A DNA stretch of 64,000 nucleotides from Podospora anserina (lineage: Eukaryota). The DNA is taken from NCBI GenBank assembly GCA_017654855.1, contig CM030335.1:2852001-2916000 (forward strand), given 5' to 3'. This document shows, one piece after another, positions 13,838 to 25,341 of the stretch. Both the position numbers and the translations under genes were made by a program. The stretch's first letter is position 1; each line of letters begins with the position of its first letter. The notes below the pieces were generated by a model, which worked only from the letters and a program-made list of their open reading frames with translations, had not been told where the DNA came from and made no database searches.

Positions 13838-14451
13838 GCATGCAAATACGATGAGATGGTGTGATGGAGGGGAAGCAGAGTCGTCGAATGAGGGCATACA
13901 TCGGCAATAAAACACTGGGCTTTACCAGGAAGGAAAGGCGAGGACGCAGGGTGGATAATATCGAAAGTGAAGCCGGGATGAAGGCGAGGAGTGCAGGACG
14001 ACGTTGACACGGGGATATACCACTCGAGATTATATCGTTTGTATTTGTTTCTATGGGATCGCGCTCCTGATAACAGAGAGCGCAGGGCATAGCACATGGC
14101 GTTTGGGGTTTGGGTCGGGGCGGTTGGTTACAGTAAACTCATTTATATCAACCAACACTTTTTGGTTTCATTTCTAATAGTGGTGCACATCAGTAACATT
14201 GTGATATCTCGTACATCCTGAACCCAGTCTACCCGCCCTACAACTACACATGCAAATAACATTACAAACACGATGCCACGCTTTTTGATCTGTCTGCCCT
14301 CCTCTTCTCCCAACCAAGTCGCACCCAAAAAAAATTACTATGCAAGGGCCCCAGTGTATAAACGAACGTCATGATTAAAAGTTGGCTATAGGGATTATCC
14401 TGGCTGGATATGTAGATTCAGGGGTAGTCTTCCCAGCCCCCTGGGATCCAT

Positions 14452-16194
14452 TCACTGCCAGACATTGTTGAACAAGTCACTGTCGCCACCGGGCACAGCC
14501 GGCTTGGATGTGCTGGTAGAAGTGGTACCGCTTGTCCAACCGCCAAACTCCTCGTCCGCAGTGACCTTCGGAGCAGGGGCAAAACCACCTGATGCGCTGG
14601 GCACGATGGGTTGGCTGGAGAAGGAGCCCCAGCCAAAGTCATTCGAGGTCGAGGTCGTCGCCTTTGGGGGCTCTGGCTTGGCGGGCTCGTCAGAAGCCCA
14701 GGCGTTTCCACCCCAGACATCAGCACCAGAGAAGCCGCTGCCGCCAAAAGAGCCAAGGGTGTTAGAGGTGGCTACTGGCGCGGGGGCGGGAGCTGGGGCG
14801 GGCTTTGGCTGGCTGAGATTGAATACGGAGGAAGAGGTCATTGGGGGAGACGACACCGCAGGCTTAGGGGCGGGGGCTGGCTGAGAAGGTGCTGGCGAGG
14901 AAAAGTCGAAGAGGTCCCCAAGGGCAGCAGAGGCCGGTGCGGCGGCCGGTTTAGGAGCAGCCGCGGGGGAGGAGACGGAGCCCCACCCAGAAAGCCCGCC
15001 GATGGACGACTTGGATTGATGAGTTGATGTGGCTGGCTTGGAGTCGAAGAAGCTGCCGCCGCTCAAACCAGAGAAGGCCGAAGAGCTGCTGGTTGTCTGA
15101 GCCGCAGGGCGAGGGGAGCTGAAACTTCCAAGACTAGAGAAGGCATCGACTTGGGCGGGCTTGGGAGCAGTAGAGTTTCCAAAGCTCAAGTTGCTGAAGG
15201 CATCGTTGAGCCCACCAAAAGAACCCTGGGTCTGTGACATCCCTGTCGGGGATCCCAGACCGCTAAATGATCCCGAAGAGGCATGAGATACTGGTTGTTG
15301 AGGAGCCTGTGGTTGAGGTCGTGGCGCGGCTGCGTACAGTGAAAGAATCGACTGCTTGAGGTCTGGTCGGGATTGGCCTCCAGCGCTTGGTGTGCCAGTC
15401 GTGCTGGCTGGTCGAGGGGGCGCCGCAGTTTCCGAGCCCAAGAAATCCAAACCCAGCAGCGAATCCTTGGTGTTTGTCGCCTTCGGAGGAGCAGGGTCGG
15501 CTTTGGGAGGCACCTTGGACGCTGTTGGTCCGGCGGTACTAGCTCTCGGTGGTGGTACAGAGGCAAGGCCACCACCGATCAAGTCCTCTTGTGGTGGGGC
15601 GGCACGTCTTGGGGCCGACGACTGACCGATAGAGCTCTTCCGAGTCGATTCCCTCCGCTCAATATTTTGCTTCTCCTTGACCACGCTCAGGGGAACATCG
15701 TCATCGCCATCTGCATCCAACGTAGCAGGGTCCGGCATCGGTCCGTCCATTACCCATCTCTTCAGTTCGTATTTGGTGCGGATGAAGTTCTCGATCTTCG
15801 CTTCGCTGGGCACATGGCCAGGGGCCAACTTTGCTTCCCAATATTTGTTCGCGCGGGCATTTCCCCAGTTCAATACACTCTGTAGTTGTTCATCGGTCCA
15901 GGAGTCGAGGTCGACAGACTTGACACGGCTGATGTGCGTACCCATGCCACGGTGGATGCCCGAGCATCGGATGCATACGAAGACGCCCAGATTCCAACTG
16001 GCCCATCTTGGATCTGTTGATTTAAGGGGTCAATATGGCTTGACAAACATAGAGGAATGGTGGGTGGGAAACCTACGTTTGTTGCGCTTGCAGTCAGCGC
16101 ACACCTTATTGGCCTCCAATTTCAAGAGGCTCTTGATGGTTTGCTGGTTTTGGAGTGCCCGATCGGCTCCAGGATTTGCCGGCCGTCGAGACAT
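14452..16194 (-). CDS. ArfGAP of the Age2/SMAP type
   Basis: ATG 16194; intron 16014-16076 joins CADCKRNK-H-PRWASWNLG (C4 zinc finger with CIRCSGIHR); GTHISRVKSVDLDSW, FIRTKYE; long S/P/G/F-rich tail with DLL/DLF/WG motifs. Confidence 0.92.
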
Positions 16195-17001
16195 GGCGGG
16201 CTGTTTTGTTTTGGCAATGTAGAATAGGAAACCGAAGAATCTCGAAGAACAGGTAGATAATTTCGTGGGCAGATTCAAAATCGCGGGCGTGCCTTTCAGG
16301 TGCCTGAAGCCAGATGGCGCTGGAAACAATGCGACAAGGTTACCGGCTGAAGAGGGGCCGCCCAACGCCCCTTATTGATAACCCGCTAAGTGGATTTTGA
16401 ATAGACCGCTATAAGATGGATACAACGATATTTAGGTAGCCGCATATTCTCCACCACCTTCAAGCTTCGCCCAGTTTCCACCACCCAACATGGACAGTAT
16501 AAATCCGTATCACGGCTCTTTTACTCTCTATGGGATCTCAGTAGTCTTGCGATTCAATTTCGAATCATTCTCAACAAGGTGCCACAGACGCGGACAGTTC
16601 GTACAACAAGAAAGTCACTGTAGACCTACCCATGTATGTTCAAAAAAGCTTAAACAGACAACACTGCTCCTCCCGAGGGGCGAGCAGTGACGCAACCAGT
16701 TCGAGATTCCAAATAATGACCTTCAAAGAATATTGATAAATGGCACCCTCCAACGTTCACTCTCACTGCCACATTAGACCCTCTCCAAATCCAAATACCC
16801 GTTGATTCCAAACTCACAGCCAAACCGGCTTTGTCTCATCGCCCCTAAAAACCACCGATTTGTCAGTGATCAGCCCCGCTGTATTCCAACCGATTCTCAC
16901 TCACAGCTTCTAAAGCTTCCGATCTGAGGCCCCCAAGCCCATCCATATAAACCGCATCTCATAACCCCAACCCCTCTCACACATTCTTTAAACTCATTCT
17001 C

Positions 17002-17649
17002 ATGCGCTCAACACTCACCCGTCTATTCTACACCCTCTCCCACCTAACCCGCACCTCTGCACCCCTTCGTAACACTTGCTCCCTCCGCTCCGGCCCTCCA
17101 CCACTGAGATCCTCCATGCCCGTCATCCCCTCCTTCCTCGCCAGCCTCTTCGGAACAACCGCCGCCTCCAACATGTCGTCATCATCATCCTACCCAGACC
17201 AACGAACACCAGACCAGTGGCGCGCAGTCCTAAACAAGGAACAATTCCGCATCCTCCGCGAAAAGGGCACCGAACCCCCCGGCTCCGGCAAGTTCGACAA
17301 GCACTACCCCACAACCGGAGTCTACACCTGCGCCGGCTGCCACGCCCCCCTCTACAAGGCCTCGCACAAGTTCTCCTCGGGCTGCGGCTGGCCCGCCTAC
17401 TTTGACTCCATTCCCGGAGCCGTCACCCGCCACGAGGACCGCGCCTTCGGCATGCTCCGCACCGAGATTGTCTGCAGCAACTGCGGCGGCCACCTCGGCC
17501 ACGTCTTCAAGGGGGAAGGCTTCCCCACCCCTACTGACGAGCGTCACTGTGTGAACAGTGTTAGTCTAAGTTTTAGTCCGGATGATGAGCCTGTCAAGAA
17601 GAAGGAGCAGGAGGAGACAAAAGAAAGGGAGGATAAGAGTAAGGTGTAA
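17002..17649 (+). CDS. MXR2: Peptide methionine-R-sulfoxide reductase MsrB with N-terminal extension
   Basis: Single exon; LREKGTEPP, CxxC pairs (CAGC, CSNC), SGCGWPAY, GHLGHVF, catalytic RHCVNS. R/S/T/L-rich, acid-free N-terminus. Confidence 0.95.
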   Translation: MRSTLTRLFYTLSHLTRTSAPLRNTCSLRSGPPPLRSSMPVIPSFLASLFGTTAASNMSSSSSYPDQRTPDQWRAVLNKEQFRILREKGTEPPGSGKFDKHYPTTGVYTCAGCHAPLYKASHKFSSGCGWPAYFDSIPGAVTRHEDRAFGMLRTEIVCSNCGGHLGHVFKGEGFPTPTDERHCVNSVSLSFSPDDEPVKKKEQEETKEREDKSKV

Positions 17650-17772
17650 TAAGGGTTGATATTAATAGTTACTTTTGTTTTTGTTTGCTCATGTGTCCAG
17701 CCGTGATTTTTCCAGCTGTCTCTCCTCAAATGAAACTCAAGAAATTCGAGCCAGATACACACTCATTTACAA

Positions 17773-19369
17773 TTACATTGCGCTCTTATTCTCCACTTCC
17801 CTCATCTCCCTCACTGTTGAAGCAACCACCCTAGTCCATCTTCTGATGAACTCCTCCTGGAAGCCCGACAACACTCTAAATGCCTCTTCCGGATCATCCA
17901 CCCCAGCAATCGCATTCCTCCCCTTCTCCATCATATCCTCCCATAACCTCGTCGCATCAACCAGCCCTTCCTGTTGTATCTGCGAGATGCGCAGCAGTGC
18001 CTGCATGTTGATTCTCCCCGAGTCCGGAGGGTCATGCTTTTGTTGTGCTTGCCTATAGGGAACTATTTCTGTTGAGGTATTTGGATGTGCAGGCACCATT
18101 GCAGTACTCGTGGCTGACCTAGTCGATGCCACCGTGGTGATCGCGGTCTGTTGGCTAGATGCCTCTCCAGCTTCTTCCTCCTCTGGTATTCTCAAACCCC
18201 CAAACGGTCGTGTCGAAGGGTCTTCATAGTCTGACGTAAGAGTCGACGCTTGCGAAATGGTCTCTTGGCTCTCTGATTCACTAATAATTGTCTGCACTCG
18301 CTGGAGAAGCCTCCTGGGCACGGATACAGAATAGGAAGAGTCCGGAAGAGGATGTGGGCTGGATATTCCACTGCTAGGCGATTGGGTTGTTTGGTGGTTA
18401 TCGTCGAGATGTTTCCCAGGAGCAGAGCCGTGCCCTCCTCGAGAGGGTTGGCTTTTCCGTGACCTTGATCGAGAAGACGAAAATGACCCGAGTTTGCTAA
18501 CCTTGTATATGCCCGCTCCGAGTACTCCAGGGATTCCAATGGTTGTTGCTGCCGGGGATGGCATCACTGGAGGCGACCACTGTCCTTGAGATTGATAACC
18601 ACCAGGATATCCCACCGGTTGACTTGCAGATCGCTGATAGGTGAGTTGATCTGGTGCTGCGTTGGGATAGTGATATGGTGGATTTGGTGCAATTGAATAT
18701 GGTGGGCTTGAGCTGTAAGGATGTGAGTGATTTGATGAGCTGTATGGCGAGCTGTGTGGTGGCAGTGGGGGAGACATGGCGTTTGGAGTCGGGTGGTAGT
18801 AGACGTTTTGTGATTGGCTGTAAGGCTGGCTCCAAGAATAACTCTGATCCTGCTGCAATTCCTCTTGATAACAGTCGACATTTATCCCTAAATCATCAAA
18901 TTCCTTCAAGACAGTCTCAAAGTCCGAAGCAACTTTGAGAGTGGCTCTGAGTATTGAGGATCCCTGGGGCACTGAGTATCAGTATCTGAATATACGACAT
19001 GCCACCAATACTTACATCTTGAGTGTTGGAAGGATATCGAACATAAAGAACAGGTTCATGTTGGGCGCGGCGTATGAATTGCTCTGGTGCACCGTTGTCT
19101 GTAGGCCCCTCCGACGGACGAAAGTCTGCAAGGTCGAGCTTGACCAGTTCCTCAGCCCTGTCTTTAACATGGACCATCAAGTAATTTCGCCATAGAGGCA
19201 TCCGAAGTCGCGAGCCATCGACTGGTCTACGAGGAACAAGATCGAGTTGCGGCTTCAGCACAAGCTGCGGGTCTTTATAGAAGCTTGATCTGCCATTAAA
19301 GCGGACATCCTGCAATTCGAATCTGCGTATTGGTCTTCTAGGCTGTGGCGTGGGCTTCGCAGCAGGCAT
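17773..19369 (-). CDS. Hypothetical protein (~510 aa): globular N-domain, P/S/Y/Q-rich disordered linker, helical C-terminus
   Basis: ATG 19369; phase-0 intron 18964-19015 (GTAAGT..CTGAT..CAG) fuses the 150-aa and 399-aa ORFs in frame. Confidence 0.7.
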
Positions 19370-20144
19370 GGCCGGATATTTGGAGCGCGAGGAACATTGG
19401 GAGAGAGGGTAGATGCAAGTCGAAGAACATTCATGACATGTTCAAAAGACAAGGTCTCAATTCATTGCTGGCCCCCCAATTATGCGCTTCAAACTGAACA
19501 GCCGGACTTTATTACCCCACACAGCAGGTTTGATGGGAAGGTACGATGAAGGCCATCCCGTCATCTTGGAAGGCACGACTGAGTTTCATGTGGAGCGAAG
19601 GACTGAGGAAGGGGGGTTGATGGTAAGCCCTTAGCTTAGCAACTGGAGTAGGTAAAGTACCAAATATATATGCAGCCATTCTGATGCCAATTACATGGGA
19701 AATAAAGGAACAATCCCCCTTGGAACCCCATTTCATTCATCTCATCCTTAGGCCTCAAAATGGTCAAGAGAGCAGGTGTGAGAGGTTGAGAGCATTAAGG
19801 GGAGAGATGCTCCTCTGTATGGTCTGTGCATGTAACACGACGGTGATGGTCTGTGCGTCTCTTGGCATATATCTCCAGCCATCGTTGCTCGCCAAAAAAT
19901 CCCAGTGCACGTCAATTGAAGTCAGCAACCCGCGTCGCATCACGGCAGCTGGCTGGAGACAAAACACCACCTGTTTTCTCGACCAACATTTCCACATTCT
20001 TCACAGCAGTCACGTTTCCGATCCCAGGTAGCGGAACTGATTATCGCATGGTATAGCGACTTATAACACTAGAACCCGATCACTGTCAATTCCCCAGCAC
20101 ACTCGACAGCATCTGGACGCTGAGCTGCGTCTCGATGCGCCAAG

Positions 20145-23128
20145 ATGGCCCCGACCAAACCCATCGTTGAGCATACCGTCGACCGAACCCCCGAATATGA
20201 AAAGTTCCTCGAGGAGCTTCGCGACTTCCATGAGAAGCGCGGGACCCATCTTGACCCCGAGCCCAAGATGGGAAACCTGAGTGTCGACCTGTACAAGCTG
20301 TTCAACTACATCGTGCAAAATGGTGGCTATGACAAGGTCTCGGATGAGAAGCTGATGTGGCGGAAGATGTGCGAAGGGTTGGGACTCATGCGACACAACG
20401 CCCCGGCCGACGCGTATACGTTGAAACAAATATTCTACAAGAACCTTGCCGCCTTCGAGATCAAGAAAATCCACAACAAGGAGCCTCCTCCGCCAGAGAT
20501 CCTCGAATTTACGACTGCCAAGGGAGGATCGCTACTGACACGCACATTGGAGAACTTTGTCGCAAAGGGGAGAAACGATAGGGAGGATTCTGAGGATGGA
20601 AGTACGCCGGGCAGAGAGCGTCCTGTCGCCGAGACTCCTGCATCAGGCCGCGCCTCCCGAGGCCTCAGGGAAGCTCCTGCACCGAGGGTTATTTTCCATC
20701 CCGACACCAATTCCTCACGCCAGACCCGTCACGCATCTGGAGCGCAGCAAATAGGTACCCCCTCGTCCAACTCCCACTCTCACAACAACTCTGCGATTGC
20801 TCAAAATCCTGGAAACTCCCACCGTGGCGCATATGTTTTCAACCCTCCAGGGCCCGACATGAACAATCCCATCGTTCAGGGCTTTGTGCCCCAGCCTGTC
20901 CAGCAGATGCCGTTGCGTATCGTCGACACCCCCTCCAGCAACCCGGAGCTGTTTGCCAGGAAACAACGACTCCTGAAGCAGCCACCAGTCGCTGCCCCTA
21001 ATCCGGGGATGCTTGTAAGAGCTTGTCTACCACCTGGTAAGCACTTGTTAGGATTGTTTATGGTATTTTTCAACTCTAACATTGGTTTCCAGGAGCTTTG
21101 GATGGGCCCAACATCTACGAGCGTTGTCTCTTGTCGCTTCGGTCAGGCATCCGGTCAGAACAGGCGTTTGGCTGTCATCATCTCCTCAAAATCTCACACG
21201 AGCGTGGTGATAAATACAAGTTCTCTCAGTTCTGTGGTCTCGCTGAGGGCTTGACGGAGCTTGCTCTTAGTATTGGTGGCATGATTTACCATGTCAACTG
21301 GACAGTTTCCTACGACCCCGATTCCGACAACACCGACATTGGTGAGCTGGATGGTCTCGAGGGCACCCCAGATATCCTGGAACGAATTGCCCAGCTCAAG
21401 CGTCGGAAGGATGTCGACGACAACATTCTTCCCGCCGAATTCCGCGACCAGCTCACGCTGGTTTTGGAGGCGACACAGACCATCCGCAACATGGTCAACA
21501 TGCCGGACAATGCCTACTTTATGTCCGAGTACCCTCCAGTCAAGGACCTCCTCTGCGTCATTCTCAATTTGCCAGAACTGGAGTGCGTCGTGGAGTTGAA
21601 GCATCTCGCTCTCGAAATCGCCGAATCGATTCTCCCTTACCTTGTCCTCAGATCAGACGACCCTCTGTATCAGTCACTACTTGCGAAACTCGAGTCGGAC
21701 GATCGGGGTGTGATATTGACTGCCCTGAAGGCGCTCAACAAAATCGCACTAAACCACCCAATCGAGACGAACAGACTCGGCAATGTCCCTCCTTCGGTCC
21801 TCCAGCGTATCATGGACTGGCTTCTCCTCAACGACGAGGACCTGCTGGACATTACCACCGATTTCCTCTACCAGTACACAGCCGTAGTCGAGAACCTTGA
21901 CACGATGCTCAAGCACATCAAGATAGAGCATCTCGTCACGCACCTCGTCCGACTGCTCTCCCACGGCGCCAAGCGATCAACGCGGGAGCTGATTGTCAGC
22001 GAGGCGCGTCTTGCCTACGACCCCCCCAACGAGACGGTCGTTCCTACACCGAAGGACCTGTTGGAGAAGCTTCTTGCCATTGAAGAACCGGAGCGCTGCT
22101 ACGCCTGGATCCGGTGTTTCTTTGAGGAAGACCCCGACTCCAACATCACCCAGCTTGCGATCTGGCAGGCGTACAACACGGAATTCCTCGAACCCCTCAA
22201 GCGGAAGGGCCGTAGCATGATCAGCGCGCCAGAATTTATCAAGAGCATCACGAGCGTTTATGAATCGGCCGGGGCCCAGATTGTGCACGAGCAGGGGCCG
22301 GGAGGGCAGTCTCAGCAGAAGTACCTGATTAGGGGCATCAGGCCAAGACGGTACCCCATCAGCCCAGACGGGAGGGGGTATTTCCAGTGTCAACTTCCTG
22401 CTCCTCATGGCAAACCCCCCGGGGGAGCCAAATGCGGCGCGTGGAATCTCACAGCAGAGAAGATGTGGGATCACATTGTTGCCGAACATTTAGGTGACAG
22501 CGTCTCCCGCACTGAAGATGGGAAGTTGGTCAACAAGGAAGGGATGTTTTCCTGCGCTTGGAACAACTGCCAGAAATTCCCCCGCCCCACAGAGATGTTC
22601 CTCGTTCAGTACATGGCTCACCTCAAAACCCACCTCCGCAGCGAGGAGATCCGACACGCGGCCAAGCCATCGGAGATTTCTCCTTTGGCCCCCCTACCGC
22701 CCCCCCCTCCGTCCCCGACCTCGACCACTAACAGATCCAGGAGTGGGAGTTTCTCTTCGTCTTCTTCAAAGTCGAGGGTTGTCAGGCCGGCGAAGACGGT
22801 AACGATCACGATTGAGGAGACGGCGAGCGCGAAGGATGAACGGAACCCGAATGCGCCGGCGCAGGCGGCGGGGGTGCCGCTTAGCGCGGTTTTGATTCTG
22901 AGGAATATTGCGCAGTATGTCCCGAGGACGGAGGCGGAGGCGGAGTTGAGGAGGAGGAAGAATGAGGGGGAGGAGGGTGAAGGTTGGAACGAGATTTTGT
23001 TTAGGCCTGTGATGGGGAGGTTGTGGGAGGTTTTTACCGAGAATAGGCTGCTGACGCCGCATTTGGCGGGGTTGTTTGGGCTTTTGGAGGAGAGGCAGCA
23101 GGTTAGGAGGTTTGTGGTGGAGGAGTAA
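20145..23128 (+). CDS. RSC9: RSC chromatin-remodelling complex subunit Rsc9 (ARID, armadillo-like region, RFX-type winged helix, degenerate C2H2 fingers)
   Basis: ARID signature VDLYKLFNYIVQNGGYDKVS..W..LKQIFYKNL; intron 21037-21092; GPNIYERCLLSLRSG; WIRCFFEED..ITQLAIWQAY; SAVLILRNIA near the C-terminus. Confidence 0.9.
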
Positions 23129-25215
23129 GATGGAGATGATTTTTTTTTGTGTGTGTGTGTCTGTGTTTGGGCGTTTCTTCATGGGAAAAAAAGATGAATT
23201 TGGGAGAAACAATGGTTTGGGTTGTTCGACGGAGACATTTCTTCGTCTTGAGGCGAGGATGGGAAGGAAATGGTGGGTGGATGGATCACTGGAAGGGCTT
23301 CTTCAGGGTGGTGATTGTTCTTTCTTTCTTGTCCTAAATTTAGGATGTATCGCTTGTGGCTGAATACTGTACGATAATACCCTTTATTTCTCATCCAAGC
23401 TTCATGTGAGAGTGTGTACTAGCGTTTTCATAGTATGGAATGCGAATAAAATCAGTCTAAAAGATGCGGAGTGATCTCCTGAAAGATGAATTGCTATATA
23501 CCTTGTGATGATCAAACAGGAGCAACTGGGGAATGAGGTCGACTCGGATTGAGTGATATCAGTCTTGTAAGATTGAGAGCAGTCGCTGAAGAAAGTGAAT
23601 TGCTGTAATTTATGTGAATGAGAAAGCCCTGAAAGCTAGATATGTATGCGATCTTCCATGAGCAAGCAAGCTGGAAGGGGAAAACGAAAAAGGGGGAGGT
23701 CGATGTGTTTCTCGAGGTTAATGTGGATGAGGGCCATTTGGCTGCCAGATGTGATATTCATAAAGCAACGACTCCAGAGGTTGGAGAACTCGATATTGTA
23801 CATCAGACGCATACCAAATGTAACTTACGCTGAAGAGCAGTTAAAATGGTCCGCTTGGCTCCGGGCGACAGCGGTCTCGACTCCTTGGGCCAAGAGAGGA
23901 ACGTTAGATTGTCGGATTTTCTGTGTGCCATGCGGCCACGACCCGCTGTCAACGGGCTCTCCCGCTGCGACAGCAATTTTATGCAATCTGTGCAGTGGCG
24001 ACGAAGAGAAAACCGGGAAAGCGGGAACATCGTGAACGTCAATGTCATGCCTGCTGCTGTGACCTGCGTGATCGATCGTGAGGGTAAGGGTTGCTGCGAC
24101 CGAGACTGTCTGTGGTCCAAGCGTTCTGGGGTCACAAGGCGCCCCGGATTCAGGGGTCCAATGGTGGCGAGTTTGAGGCCATCGTGAGATCTGATCTGGG
24201 GTAAAAAGGCGGCGGGCTAGGCCCTTGCCGACCCAAATGGCCGGGAAATAAACATACGATGCTGTGGCTGACTGGCGGCGGCTCGCTTCGACCCTGCGGG
24301 AAGATTATCGTGAGCCGTTGGACGGGGCTCGCTTGGCGTTGGCGTGTCCCACGGAGCTGGCTCGAGCTGGCGGAGGTTACCCCGTACCTTTTTTTGAACG
24401 ACATGCCTTGGATCGTGAGTTTTTGGGTGGTGGATTTTTGTTGGCGGTGGGTGTTAACACCACCAACTACGGAGAAAAAGACAGTGAGGGGATGAGATGA
24501 AGGGGGAGACGGGGAGGACATGTTGTCAAACCATGGGGGGCCTTGATTTACCCTGTCTGACAGGTGGGCGTTCTTGTCGTTGCTGGTGATGAGGTGATTG
24601 ATGAACCCAAACGACCGATGGGCAGACGGCCGCGGGATGGCCAACAAGCCAAATCCCCGCACCCGCGGATGAGTCCCGACTCAGGTGGGGTATCCGAAAG
24701 GTTCTGGAAGGGCTTCTTGATGGAGTTCGTCTCAGGCCAACAGTGCAGGAAAAAAAGTCCCTATCAAGATGATGCATTCAGCAACTCCGATAGGCCACAG
24801 CAAACAAGGGGCACCAGGTCGTTGACGTTCTCGACTTCAGTAGTCTCGACCGAAGGATTTGACTGTGCATTACTGTTCCTCCCTCCCATACCCTGCGTGC
24901 CTTTGCGTGGTGCAGGCGTTGATAACCATTTTTGACGCGTCACTCGGAAGCTGCGAAAATATATGCAGAGGTATGGGTTGGGTTGGGTTGCTTGAGGGGG
25001 CTTCGTACAGCCGTGCTGCATGGCGGCTGGGCGGGGCATGCAGACGCTCATGCAACGACTGTGCTGCTTAGTTGATTCTTGCCTGCGGTTGGGTCGACGG
25101 TACCTGATGGAGGGTAGGCTTCATTTGCTTCTTGAGATACTGCTCCGAATAGCGGACCATCATAAAGGCAGAAGATCGACAATGTACCGGTCGAGATAGG
25201 AGCTGGAGCTCCCCT

Positions 25216-25341
25216 CCCTCACCACGAAATAGCTGACACACTAAAGTAGGTTAACACGCCTTTAAGATAGTTTATAGGCCTATAAACTATCTTTAAGGCG
25301 TGTTAACCTACTTTGGTGTCTCAATTATTTTGTGGCAAGGG
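25216..25341. mobile_element. 126-bp spacer-less fold-back (palindromic) element, MITE-like, with flanking direct repeat
   Basis: Symmetry centre 25278/25279 (..TATAGG|CCTATA..); inner 36 bp of each arm (25243-25314) pair with a single mismatch, and pairing continues imperfectly to termini CCCT..AGGG. GCTCCCCT occurs at 25208-25215 and 25343-25350. Confidence 0.75.
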
